A DNA stretch of 64,000 bases from Candidatus Melainabacteria bacterium 17Bon1m (lineage in GTDB: Bacteria > Cyanobacteriota > Vampirovibrionia > Obscuribacterales > Obscuribacteraceae): contig JAVLKG010000006.1 of NCBI GenBank assembly GCA_032128875.1, positions 288,001 to 352,000 on the forward strand, written 5' to 3'. The notes beneath the pieces are model-generated. The model searched no databases. It was given only the letters and a program-made list of their open reading frames with translations, and was not told the origin of the DNA. This document shows positions 9,704 through 19,195 of the stretch, one piece after another (the stretch's first letter is position 1; every line of letters begins with the position of its first letter). A program made the position numbers and the translations under genes.

Positions 9704-11836
9704 ATGAACTTGTTGCGATTCAATGCTCTTGCCGACATCGTGTCGGCAGTGCGAAAGTACAAATGCCGTGCGTCGGATCTCGAGTCCCGCGCCCAAGAGT
9801 TGTCGCAGCTGCTAGTGCAAAAATTTTCTGTGGATGGAAAACCGGCATTAAAGTCTGCGCGGCTATTTTTCGTTCCTTTCGACAAAGTAACTGATAGTTC
9901 TGAGCGTGCTGTAGTCACCGAAACCGAAATTCGTCAGGTTACAGATCGTCCGTCAAAGCGCGCCAATCGGAAAGGTACGGTTATGTACCTGGAGAATAGC
10001 GGCAGTGCAGTCAGCTTTGTGAGCGCTCCAACCAGCAAACAGCCGAAGAAGAAGGAGCAGCAATCGTCTCAGGAGGCTAACCCTGACGATCTACCATCGG
10101 AAAATGGCGCAAAGGTAGTAGCGACGGTGCGTGCCAGCGACGAATTGCAGTTTGTCGTGACGCTTGAAATGACGGTGAAATTGGCACCTGATGTCGCGCC
10201 ATACTTTCGCGTTCTTTCATCGATGCTCGCGTCAAAAGTGACAGACAACGACATTTTTTCCAAAGATATTTCAGAGGAATGGGCAGAGCTATACGAGCAC
10301 GCCTTTGAAGAGTTATCGCGAAGCGAATTTCATATCGTTGAGCGCACTAAGGCGCAAGGATTAGAGTTCACCACAGATGATACCGACCATTTTTCGGAGT
10401 GGTCGCATAGTCTCGCGGAGTCTTTGCCGCTGATAGTGTGGACTGCGCTTCCTGATGGTTATGTCAATTTCGTCAACAGCAAATGGGCCGATTACACCGG
10501 ATTGAAGTCGGTGGATGCTCACGGCAAAGGCTGGCAACGCGCTCTGCACCCTGATGATTTCGAGCGGGCAACGAAGAGGTTTGAGCATTGCATGAAAACA
10601 GGAGAGCTCTTCGAAAACGAGCATCGCTTGCTTGATTTAAATACACGGCAGTATCGCTGGTTTCTCGCCCAAGGTGTCCCAGTAAGAGATCGTGACGGCA
10701 ACATTAAGAGCTGGTTTGGAACTGCCACAGATATTGATGAGCAAAAGCGCGTAAATGAACGCTTGCAATTTGTGATGGATACAATTCCCGCTGCAATTTT
10801 TTGGAAAGACAAAAACAGCGTTTATCTCGGCTGCAACAAGACGTTTGCTAACATTGCCGGGCTTTCTCATGTTGACCAGATCGTCGGCAAGACTGATTTC
10901 GACATGCCTTGGACTTCGGATGAGACTGAGTTCTACCATCTGTGTGATCGCAAAGTTATGGAAGAGAATCAGCCCCAGTTCAATATACTCGAGCCATTGA
11001 CCAAGAAAGATGGTGAAGTCTCGTGGCTGAATACATCCAAAATGCCTATGCATGATGCATCAGGAAATGTTATTGGCATTTTGGCGCACTTTGAAGACAT
11101 CACGAAAACCATTCAACTGCAGTCGCAGAGAGAGGACTTCATGGCCTCGCTCGCTCACGATTTGAAGGTACCTGTGATAGGTGCTATTCGCGCCCTTGAT
11201 GCCCTTCTTCAAGGGTATGTTGGTCCGCTCGATCATAAGCAAACTGATTTCATTCAGTGCCTGCATCGCAGCCATGAAAATCTTTTGCTGATGGTGAAAA
11301 ACCTTTTGCAAGTGCTGCGCTATGAATCAGGCAAAGATCAATTCATATTCGAACATTTCGATCTGGTCGGTATTTTGAACGATTGTCTCAAGGACGCTGG
11401 TCCGGCCATGACAGCAAAACATATTCACCTGGAGTTTGAGGCACCGAAAAAGCTTATTCTCAATGCAGACAGAGTCGCTGTGAAATCTCTCATCGTAAAT
11501 TTGATCGGTAATGCGATCAACTCTGCGCCTGAGCACACACAGGTAAAAGTCAATCTTGAAGCCACGGACAAGCAGGCCACGCTTGAGGTTCATAACGGTG
11601 GGGAGCCGATAAGCGAAGAGGATATGGAACAACTCTTCCAGCGATTGTGGCAAGGCAAGCGCTTTGGCGCAGGAGCGGGACTGGGACTTTTCCTCTGTCG
11701 TCAGATTGCAGAGGGGCATAATGGCTCGATGTCGTGTATCAGTTCTCGTGAAGAGGGCACGGTCATGCGCTTTTCACTTCCAATCACCCCTGCTTCGCCG
11801 GGACATGGAAAGCAAATTAAGCCGAAGAATGTGTAG
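9704..11836 (+). CDS. PAS/PAC sensor histidine kinase (soluble)
   Basis: Two PAS/PAC domains (LHPDD..WFGTATDID; IFWKD..YLGCN), H-box AHDLKVP, N-box NLIGNAI, G-box GAGLGL. Confidence 0.93.
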   Translation: MNLLRFNALADIVSAVRKYKCRASDLESRAQELSQLLVQKFSVDGKPALKSARLFFVPFDKVTDSSERAVVTETEIRQVTDRPSKRANRKGTVMYLENSGSAVSFVSAPTSKQPKKKEQQSSQEANPDDLPSENGAKVVATVRASDELQFVVTLEMTVKLAPDVAPYFRVLSSMLASKVTDNDIFSKDISEEWAELYEHAFEELSRSEFHIVERTKAQGLEFTTDDTDHFSEWSHSLAESLPLIVWTALPDGYVNFVNSKWADYTGLKSVDAHGKGWQRALHPDDFERATKRFEHCMKTGELFENEHRLLDLNTRQYRWFLAQGVPVRDRDGNIKSWFGTATDIDEQKRVNERLQFVMDTIPAAIFWKDKNSVYLGCNKTFANIAGLSHVDQIVGKTDFDMPWTSDETEFYHLCDRKVMEENQPQFNILEPLTKKDGEVSWLNTSKMPMHDASGNVIGILAHFEDITKTIQLQSQREDFMASLAHDLKVPVIGAIRALDALLQGYVGPLDHKQTDFIQCLHRSHENLLLMVKNLLQVLRYESGKDQFIFEHFDLVGILNDCLKDAGPAMTAKHIHLEFEAPKKLILNADRVAVKSLIVNLIGNAINSAPEHTQVKVNLEATDKQATLEVHNGGEPISEEDMEQLFQRLWQGKRFGAGAGLGLFLCRQIAEGHNGSMSCISSREEGTVMRFSLPITPASPGHGKQIKPKNV

Positions 11837-12004
11837 TGTGGATTAGTGCAGATTAGTGCAGTGCGCTGTATGGTTGTGTATTGCGGAACCGCCTTATGCG
11901 GTGAAGTGTGATGAATTGCGACTCTTATGAGGTTTCCTCTCGTGCATTTTGGCGGTCTGTGCCAAAATCTTGTGATGGAAACCCTAAATCGGGCTTGAAC
12001 TCGA

Positions 12005-13354
12005 TTGACCGAAGCTAGATTTACCAACGAACAGCTAACAGTGCGGATTCTCATGATCTCCGGCGCGCTGACGTGTTTGGCTGGGTTGAATTGCGGTTGG
12101 TTTGGTCCGCTTGTGCCGTCAATTGCGGTTTCCCAGAAAGTCCCTTTAGTCGAAGCCGGTTCTCTAATAAGCGTCTACAGCGGCGGCTCGCTCATTCCTC
12201 TGGCAATCGGGCGCCAGCTATTGGAAAGATTTGGCGGTCGCAGGTGCTTGTTGAGCGCAGCCCTTCTATTTATGTGTGGCTTGTCCATCCTATCTTTCGG
12301 CAGCGGCATAATCGGCATGTCGGTAGGCGCCGCGGCCCTTGGTGTGGGCGCCGGGCTCAACGGTATTGCCGGCACGATATGCCTTCTTCGACTGTCTACA
12401 GGCTCCAGTGCTGCCTCGCTGGGAAAGCTCAACGTCTTTTTTGGCATCGGCGCATTGTTGGGACCAGTCGTGGCGTTGGTCGGCTTGAACTCACCTTGGT
12501 CATACCACGCTGTCTATGCATTTGGTGCTTTGTACGCCGCAACCGTCTTAGTCGTGGCGTTTTTGGCTAAAGGAATCGACGTCAGAGTACCGCCGGTAGA
12601 CGCTACCGTTTCGAAGTTTCGCCCACTGCAATTGCCAGCACTTCTCTACACCGTGTCTGTCTTCTTGTATGTAGGAGTAGAAGTCGCGCTTGCGACCTGG
12701 CTTTTCACCTACCTCAATGCTTCCTGCAATCTCTCTAAAGAATTGGCCGGCTGGAGCATGACAGCACTCTGGGCTGGTTTGACCACTGGTCGAATGTCTG
12801 CCGTACAACTGTTTAAGTACATTCCGGCCCGCCGCATTGCTCTAGCCGCAATGGGTATCGCATTCTCTGTGATTTTTCTTTTGGCTACTCACCCCGGGTT
12901 GGGACCTGGGTCGCTGGGGGTCATATTTCTTTTAGGGCTCGGTTTTGGTCCGATTTTCCCGACGCTGGTTTCGAGCGCATCAGAACGCTATAACCAACAC
13001 ATTGCCTCGATTACTTCCCTTGTTGTCACTGCGGGTGCGCTCGCAGGCATAACCTTTCCCATCTTTGTAGGTCAGATCTTTTCGAAATTTGGTCATCGAC
13101 CCGGAATGCTTGTTCTCGCGTTGTTTTCCAGTGCGCTGCCGTTGGTTTTTTACACCGTTCAATTTTATTTAGCGCGAAAGGCGGAAAATTCAGGCTCGTC
13201 GAAAACACCTAATGATTTGGACGTACCGATTGGCTCTTTGGGCGCAGAAACCATTGGAACATCCAGGAGCGATACTGGTTTTTCAACGCGCATAAATTCC
13301 GCTCCGGATATGAGTGTTCAGCAAGAGCGAGCCCCGGCTGAGCCAATGCATTAG
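12005..13354 (+). CDS. MFS transporter (FucP/sugar-permease-like)
   Basis: About 12 TM; ERFGGRR loop, FFGIGALLGP, FLYVGVE, GPIFPT motifs. Confidence 0.88.
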   Translation: MTEARFTNEQLTVRILMISGALTCLAGLNCGWFGPLVPSIAVSQKVPLVEAGSLISVYSGGSLIPLAIGRQLLERFGGRRCLLSAALLFMCGLSILSFGSGIIGMSVGAAALGVGAGLNGIAGTICLLRLSTGSSAASLGKLNVFFGIGALLGPVVALVGLNSPWSYHAVYAFGALYAATVLVVAFLAKGIDVRVPPVDATVSKFRPLQLPALLYTVSVFLYVGVEVALATWLFTYLNASCNLSKELAGWSMTALWAGLTTGRMSAVQLFKYIPARRIALAAMGIAFSVIFLLATHPGLGPGSLGVIFLLGLGFGPIFPTLVSSASERYNQHIASITSLVVTAGALAGITFPIFVGQIFSKFGHRPGMLVLALFSSALPLVFYTVQFYLARKAENSGSSKTPNDLDVPIGSLGAETIGTSRSDTGFSTRINSAPDMSVQQERAPAEPMH

Positions 13355-13450
13355 TTGCTTGGACTGTCCTATAACTGTATCGGCTCCGACCGGCTGAGTG
13401 CCCAAAAACCTTGACAGGCAAGCAAAAGCCGACTCTTTGTTTCGCAATGG

Positions 13451-13482
13451 ATAGTTAGGTAAGCTAACTATTAGTCTATAAT
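13451..13482 (+). promoter_or_regulatory. MarR operator palindrome plus -10 element
   Basis: ATAGTTAG-gtaag-CTAACTAT perfect inverted repeat (13451-13471), then TATAAT (13477-13482), upstream of the marR gene. Confidence 0.75.
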
Positions 13483-13508
13483 TATATTGACATGCTGAAG
13501 AGGCGGTA

Positions 13509-13961
13509 ATGGTTGCCACAGAGCCAACTTCCACCATATGTTCGAGGGAAATCCTAGAATCCATTCCTGTTGTCATGCACTACATCAGGCGCGGAATTCG
13601 GCGCGAGCTTGGAGACAAAGCATCGGTACCGCAGATTCGAGCACTCTCGTTTATTCGCCGAAATCCTTCGACCACACTTACGACTGTTTCTGAATATCTT
13701 GCGGTCAGCAATGCCACCACGTCGAGCATTGTCGATCGCCTGGTCAAAAAGGGCCTTGTTAGTCGGAGTGAAGATCCCAATGAGCGGCGCTGCTTGCAAC
13801 TCAAATTGACCCAAAAGGGTCAGGAAGAGTATCGCGTGGTCGAAGATCTCGCCATTTCCGAGCTTACGAAAGTGCTCATGCGTTTGCCTGACGATAAGGT
13901 AAAGCAGATTCAAACTGGACTGCGCATTCTAAAAGAAGCGATGGAGGAGGAGCGCAAGTAA
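13509..13961 (+). CDS. MarR family transcriptional regulator
   Basis: wHTH motif VDRLVKKGLVSRSEDPNERR..LTQKG. Confidence 0.93.
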   Translation: MVATEPTSTICSREILESIPVVMHYIRRGIRRELGDKASVPQIRALSFIRRNPSTTLTTVSEYLAVSNATTSSIVDRLVKKGLVSRSEDPNERRCLQLKLTQKGQEEYRVVEDLAISELTKVLMRLPDDKVKQIQTGLRILKEAMEEERK

Positions 13962-13962
13962 C

Positions 13963-15402
13963 ATGCTTACGCGCGACACCCAAACTTCAGAATCCAGCAG
14001 CAACACGCCGCCTGGAAAGTTGAACAACCGAATCGTGTCCTTGATTTTTGTTGTGGCGCTGATTGTTGTATTAGCTGGATTTGCTTACTTTACCGGTGAG
14101 CATGAGAAGAAACCCCCGGAAGTGAAACGAGCAGCAGTGGTGCGTGTTGCTACTGTTGAAAGAGCAAATGTGCCGCGGGTATTGAGAGCGCTCGGACACG
14201 TCGAACCAATGTCTACTGTTGCAGTACGTTCGCGAGTGGATGGGGAATTAGTTGATGTACTCTTCGCTGAGGGCGACCGAGTAAAAGCGGGACAGCGATT
14301 GTTTACCATCGACCCGCGTCCTTTTGACGAAGCAATTCGTCAGTGGACTGCAAAACTCGCCCAAGCCAAAGCCGATGTTTCAAAATGTCGTTCGTTGATT
14401 GCGAAGGATCGCTCAGAACTGGCTCGTTTGGCAGCAAATCGCGAGAAGGACATGGCGGAAGAAGCCAATGCTCGCCGTGATCATGCGCGTTATCAGGAAT
14501 TAGTGAAAGAGGGCGCGGTTTCTGTCGAGCAGGAGAATCGCTATGCCACCAATGTGGCGTCGCTTGCTGCAACAGTCAAAGCTGATACTGCTGCGATGGA
14601 AAATGAAAAGTCGGTGATTCAATCAGACCAGGCTCAACTCGAGGCTGCACAAGCGGCTCTAAAGGCTGCGGAATCTGATTTGCAGACCGCTCAATTGCAG
14701 CGCTCGTATTGCAGCATTACGGCGCCTATGGATGGAAAGACCGGTGCCTTGCTTGTTCACAGAGGGCAAATGGTAAAAGCCGGCGATACTACGAGTCTTG
14801 TTGTAATCAACAAAGTGAAGCCCGTGTACGTGAGTTTTTCCGTGCCAGAGCAAGACCTTCCGCGCATTCATGAACTGCAGAAGCAACATCCGCTTACGGT
14901 AGGGGTGGAAGGGCTCGCTGACCATGTCGGCGAGGTTAGAGGCACTCTCACTTTCATTGATAATAGTGTTCAACGCAACACAGGCACCATTTTGATGAAG
15001 GCGACGTTCTCGAATGAGAATGAAGTGCTGTGGCCTGGCACTTACGTGAAGGCAGTTCTCAATCTTGACACTATATATGATGCCGTCGTTGTGCCGAACC
15101 ATGCTGTTCAGGTCGGGCAGCAAGGACAGTATGTCTATGTTGTAGGACCGGACAATAAGGCGAATCTTGTCATCGTCAAGGTCAAGTACAGCGACGGAAA
15201 CACAAGTGTCATTGATGGCAATCTCGAGCCGGGCGATCAAATTGTGGTTGATGGGCACATGCAGTTGATGCCCGGCTCTTCGGTTGAAATACAACCAGGA
15301 GCACCGGCTCCAATACAACCCGGAACACCGGACCGAATACAACCTGGTGCAACCACCGAAGCACAGCAGCCGCCCACAACTACTCAGAGAAGCGCGCCGT
15401 AA
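13963..15402 (+). CDS. RND efflux periplasmic adaptor (MdtA-like)
   Basis: VRSRVDGEL, IDPRPF, ITAPMDG, FIDNSV..TGTI, LWPG; C-terminal IQPG repeats. Confidence 0.93.
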   Translation: MLTRDTQTSESSSNTPPGKLNNRIVSLIFVVALIVVLAGFAYFTGEHEKKPPEVKRAAVVRVATVERANVPRVLRALGHVEPMSTVAVRSRVDGELVDVLFAEGDRVKAGQRLFTIDPRPFDEAIRQWTAKLAQAKADVSKCRSLIAKDRSELARLAANREKDMAEEANARRDHARYQELVKEGAVSVEQENRYATNVASLAATVKADTAAMENEKSVIQSDQAQLEAAQAALKAAESDLQTAQLQRSYCSITAPMDGKTGALLVHRGQMVKAGDTTSLVVINKVKPVYVSFSVPEQDLPRIHELQKQHPLTVGVEGLADHVGEVRGTLTFIDNSVQRNTGTILMKATFSNENEVLWPGTYVKAVLNLDTIYDAVVVPNHAVQVGQQGQYVYVVGPDNKANLVIVKVKYSDGNTSVIDGNLEPGDQIVVDGHMQLMPGSSVEIQPGAPAPIQPGTPDRIQPGATTEAQQPPTTTQRSAP

Positions 15403-15417
15403 TTTGAGCCTTAGCTG

Positions 15418-18400
15418 ATGACCCTAACCGACCTCTTCATTCGCCGCTCTGTAATGACCACACTGGTCATGGTGGCGATTTTTGTGTTTGGTTTGCTTGG
15501 CTATTCGACTCTGCCCGTCAACAATTTGCCTAACGTCGACTTCCCGACTTTGCAGGTCAGTGCGCAGTTGCCTGGTGCTAACCCGGACACTATGGCTTCG
15601 GCCGTTGCTACGCCACTGGAGAGGCAATTTTCCACAATCGCCGGTCTAGAGGCGATGAACTCCGTCAGTGCAATTGGATTGACCAATGTCACATTGCAGT
15701 TCAACTTAAATCGCGATATCGATGCTGCCGCACAAGATGTGCAAGCCGCTATTGCCGCCGCACAATCGCAGTTGCCGCCGGGAATGCCGACGCCGCCTAC
15801 CGCTAAAAAGGTCAATCCTGCCGATCAACCGATTCTCTACCTGGCTGTAAGTTCGCCGACGCTGCCGCTTTTTCAGGTCGATGAATATGCTGAGACCATA
15901 ATCGCGCAGCGCTTGTCGATGATAAGCGGCGTGGCGCAGGTTCAAGTTTTGGCGCCGCAGAAATTCGCAGTTCGTGCCCAGCTCGATCCAAATGCATTAG
16001 CGACGCGCGGAATTGGTATTGACGAGGTCACGAATGCGATTCGTCAGGGCAACGTCAATTTGCCTTCCGGCGCTTTGTATGGGCGTTTTCAATCATACAT
16101 GGTGCAGCCGAACGGACAATTGTTGACGGCTTCTCAGTATGAGCCACTCATAGTTGCATACAAGGATGGATCTCCAGTCCGGCTGAAAGAAGTCGGAAAG
16201 GCGATTGATAGTGTTGAAAACGATAAGACCGCAAGTTGGTTCAACAAAACACGCGCAATTGTACTTGGCGTTCAGCGGCAGCCCGGCAGCAATACCGTCG
16301 AGATTGTCGATAACATCAACAAAGTGATGCCATCGCTGCGCGCGCAAATACCTGCATCAGTCGCAATCGACACACTCTACGATCGCTCTCAAAGTATTCG
16401 TGAGTCGGTTCGAGATGTTGAACTTACGCTTGCCCTTTCGGTCGTTCTCGTCGTAATCGTTATCTTTTTGTTCTTGCGCAATGTTTCTGCCACGCTGATT
16501 CCCAGCCTTGCTTTGCCGTTTTCGCTTGTGGGAACGTGCGGCGCGATGAGCTTGTTGGGGTTTAGCATCAACAACCTTTCTCTGATGGCTTTAACGCTGT
16601 CTGTGGGTTTTGTCGTGGATGATGCGATTGTCGTTTTGGAAAACATTGTTAGGCACCAGGAAGCCGGAGAGACAAGAATGAACGCGGCGCTCAAGGGGTC
16701 GCGCGAGATTGTTTTTACTATCTTGTCCATGACTATTTCACTTGTCGCTGTTTTTATTCCGATTTTGTTCATGGGTGGTATCGTCGGTCGCTTATTCAAC
16801 GAATTTGCCGTCACGATCAGCTGTGCGATTTTGATCTCCGGTATTGTTTCTCTTAGCCTTACACCGCTCTTGTGCAGCCGTTTTCTGAGTGCACACTCCA
16901 CCAGCAATTCGAAGCTGCTCGGCTTTACAGAGAAAATATTCGAATCATGGACTCGCCTGTACGAGCGTACTTTGCGCGTTACTCTCCGGCATCCGCGGCT
17001 GACTTTTATTTCTTTCCTCGTGATGACGGCAATGACAGCGATGTTGTTCGTCAAGATTCCCAAAGGCTTTATGCCGACTGAGGACATAGATCAAATCTTT
17101 GGATTGACCGAAGGTGTACAGGGCATTTCTTTTGACGACATGGTGCGGCACCAGAAAGAACTCGCAGAGATTGCGATGAGCAATCCGAATGTGAAAGACA
17201 TCATGTCTTCTGTCGGTGCCGGTGGACCTAACGTTGCCGGTAATACCGGACGTATCTTTATGCACCTGAAGCCTCGCGCAGAAAGAAAACAATCGGCAGA
17301 GCAGATTATCGCGGATTTGCGAAAGAAATTTGCGATGGTGCCGGGTATTAAAATCTTTCTGCAAAATCCTCCATCTATCCGCATCGGCGGTCAGTTGACG
17401 AAGAGTCTGTATCAGGTTTCGTTGCAGAGTTCAAACACCGAACAGCTATACCAAAGTACGCTAGATCTTGAAAAACTTCTGCGTGAGCATCCTGACTTTC
17501 AAGACGTAACCACAGACCTGCAAATCAACAGCCCGCAAATTGATGTTCGTATGGATAGAGACAAAGCTGCGACGCTAGGACTATCCGCAGAACAAGTCGA
17601 AGATGCGCTGTCCAGCGCCTACGGCAACAGGATGGTTTCTACAATCTACGCGCCCAGCAATCAGTATCGCGTAATTGTAGAGCTCGAGCCTGAATATCGT
17701 GTTACGCCGAATTCGATGCCTTTGCTGTATGTGCGTTCGAAGGCAGGCGAGTTGGTTCCGCTAAGTGCAGTGGCGAAGCTTGTGCCTTCGGTCGGACCTC
17801 TGCTTGTCAACCACGTCGGTCAGATGCCCTCCGCCACTGTGTCATTCAACTTGAAGCCGGGCGCATCCCTGGGAGACGCGGTAAAAGTAGTCGAGTCCAA
17901 CGCGAAGAAAGTCTTGCCCGACGGTGTCAGCTATCGCTTTATGGGCAGCGCAGAAGCTTTCCAGTCGTCGCTCAAGGGCATGTGGTCGATGCTGATTTTG
18001 TCCATCGTCGTTATCTATATTGTTCTCGGAATTTTGTACGAAAGCTTCTTGCACCCCATAACTATTCTCGGCGGATTGCCGCCGGCTGGGCTGGGAGCGC
18101 TCATTACGCTGTACATTTGCAAGATTGATTTGAACATCTATGCCTTCTTGGGGCTAATCCTTCTTATAGGTATCGTCAAGAAAAACGCGATCATGATGGT
18201 CGATTTTGCGCTTGATGCGCAGCGCAATCACGGCAAAAGCCCGGACGAAGCCATTTATGAAGCGTGCATTGTGCGTTTTCGCCCCATTATGATGACGACG
18301 ATGGCGGCGATTATGAGCAGTGTGCCGCTGGCATTGGGTTGGGGGGCAGGCGGAGAGTCTCGCCAGCCACTAGGTTTGGCTGTTTTCGGCGGGTTGATGG

Positions 18401-18513
18401 TTTCTCAACTCGTTACCTTATATATAACTCCGATTTTCTATTTGGCTTTTGAAGGTTTGAAAGCAAAGTTTAGCCAGGCACAGCCTACTGCGACCAGCCG
18501 CCGGTCTGTTTGA
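15418..18513 (+). CDS. RND efflux permease (MdtB/MdtC-like)
   Basis: 1031 aa; LPNVDFPT, GFVVDDAIVVLENI, GIVKKNAIMMVDFA, RFRPIMMTT. Confidence 0.95.
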   Translation: MTLTDLFIRRSVMTTLVMVAIFVFGLLGYSTLPVNNLPNVDFPTLQVSAQLPGANPDTMASAVATPLERQFSTIAGLEAMNSVSAIGLTNVTLQFNLNRDIDAAAQDVQAAIAAAQSQLPPGMPTPPTAKKVNPADQPILYLAVSSPTLPLFQVDEYAETIIAQRLSMISGVAQVQVLAPQKFAVRAQLDPNALATRGIGIDEVTNAIRQGNVNLPSGALYGRFQSYMVQPNGQLLTASQYEPLIVAYKDGSPVRLKEVGKAIDSVENDKTASWFNKTRAIVLGVQRQPGSNTVEIVDNINKVMPSLRAQIPASVAIDTLYDRSQSIRESVRDVELTLALSVVLVVIVIFLFLRNVSATLIPSLALPFSLVGTCGAMSLLGFSINNLSLMALTLSVGFVVDDAIVVLENIVRHQEAGETRMNAALKGSREIVFTILSMTISLVAVFIPILFMGGIVGRLFNEFAVTISCAILISGIVSLSLTPLLCSRFLSAHSTSNSKLLGFTEKIFESWTRLYERTLRVTLRHPRLTFISFLVMTAMTAMLFVKIPKGFMPTEDIDQIFGLTEGVQGISFDDMVRHQKELAEIAMSNPNVKDIMSSVGAGGPNVAGNTGRIFMHLKPRAERKQSAEQIIADLRKKFAMVPGIKIFLQNPPSIRIGGQLTKSLYQVSLQSSNTEQLYQSTLDLEKLLREHPDFQDVTTDLQINSPQIDVRMDRDKAATLGLSAEQVEDALSSAYGNRMVSTIYAPSNQYRVIVELEPEYRVTPNSMPLLYVRSKAGELVPLSAVAKLVPSVGPLLVNHVGQMPSATVSFNLKPGASLGDAVKVVESNAKKVLPDGVSYRFMGSAEAFQSSLKGMWSMLILSIVVIYIVLGILYESFLHPITILGGLPPAGLGALITLYICKIDLNIYAFLGLILLIGIVKKNAIMMVDFALDAQRNHGKSPDEAIYEACIVRFRPIMMTTMAAIMSSVPLALGWGAGGESRQPLGLAVFGGLMVSQLVTLYITPIFYLAFEGLKAKFSQAQPTATSRRSV

Positions 18514-18578
18514 CGCCTTCTTTGTATGAGTTTTCTCTGTTTTTGCATTTTTTCAATCAATTTGCATTTTGTTTGACT

Positions 18579-18611
18579 CGTCAAACGAATGTCATGCCGC
18601 TCGTATAAATT
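18579..18611 (+). promoter_or_regulatory. pho-box-like direct repeat plus -10 (copy 1)
   Basis: CGTCAAACGAATGTCAT, 10-bp spacer, TAAATT. Confidence 0.7.
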
Positions 18612-18615
18612 GCAA

Positions 18616-18762
18616 GTGTTGGAAGCGGCACCGCAAACGGAAGACACCGAGATGCACCGATGACCGCGGTCTAAAAACTGAGAAACACTTCCGACACAGT
18701 TTGAACGGAGAGGTCGGGAAGAGCCAAAGCCAACTTGTTTGGATTGGCTCTTTTCACTTTTT
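18616..18762 (+). ncRNA. candidate structured small RNA 1
   Basis: Starts just after promoter copy 1; GTGTTGGAAG pairs with CTTCCGACAC (18688-18697); ends in a terminator. Confidence 0.55.
18716..18762 (+). terminator. intrinsic terminator
   Basis: GGGAAGAGCCAA/TTGGCTCTTTTC 12-bp stem followed by ACTTTTT. Confidence 0.7.
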
Positions 18763-18869
18763 GATTATGGTGCAAAGTGCACAGTGCAAATTGTATGAAT
18801 AATGGCTCAATGAGCCATCTTTAAGAGTCATTCTTTTTTTGTTTCTGAATTTCAATGCAAATGTTCAAA

Positions 18870-18902
18870 CGTCAAGCGAATGTCATATCGATGGATTATT
18901 GT
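18870..18902 (+). promoter_or_regulatory. pho-box-like direct repeat plus -10 (copy 2)
   Basis: CGTCAAGCGAATGTCAT, 10-bp spacer, TATTGT. Confidence 0.7.
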
Positions 18903-18907
18903 TTTTC

Positions 18908-19026
18908 GTGTGGGGAGGAGGAAGGGAGACGAATTCCCACATTTACTAAGCATTGATCCAACAAGGGATCAACACCCCGGTCCCTTGTATCTTGCGCTAC
19001 TCAAACCTAAAGACCCTGAATAGCGC
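18908..19026 (+). ncRNA. candidate structured small RNA 2
   Basis: Three consecutive hairpins after promoter copy 2; 5' end GTGTGGGGA resembles RNA 1. Confidence 0.45.
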
Positions 19027-19038
19027 CACCTAACGGTC

Positions 19039-19071
19039 CGTCAAACGAATGTCATACGGTTGCGTTAGGGT
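19039..19071 (+). promoter_or_regulatory. pho-box-like direct repeat plus -10 (copy 3), upstream of EF-hand gene
   Basis: CGTCAAACGAATGTCAT, 10-bp spacer, TAGGGT. Confidence 0.7.
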
Positions 19072-19195
19072 AGACGAGTCGATAGCAGCGATTCCAATTT
19101 TTGACAGATGGAATTGAAGAAATCGAGTCACGAAAATCCCCTTGACCTTACGTGTTCCCGCACCAAATATGGTGCTTTCTTTAGAGGACGTTTTC

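Noticed and set aside
16389-17087. Long antisense ORFs inside the RND genes (also 14659..15342) and CocE (49459..50151)
   Set aside because: Fully overlap well-supported genes and show no motifs of their own
18569-18802. 77-aa ORF in the non-coding gap
   Set aside because: TTG start without RBS, runs through a terminator, no recognisable protein features
18579-19055. Three 17-bp repeats as CRISPR repeats or att sites
   Set aside because: Too short, irregular spacing (291 and 169 bp), no cas or integrase; the fixed distance to -10 elements fits promoters
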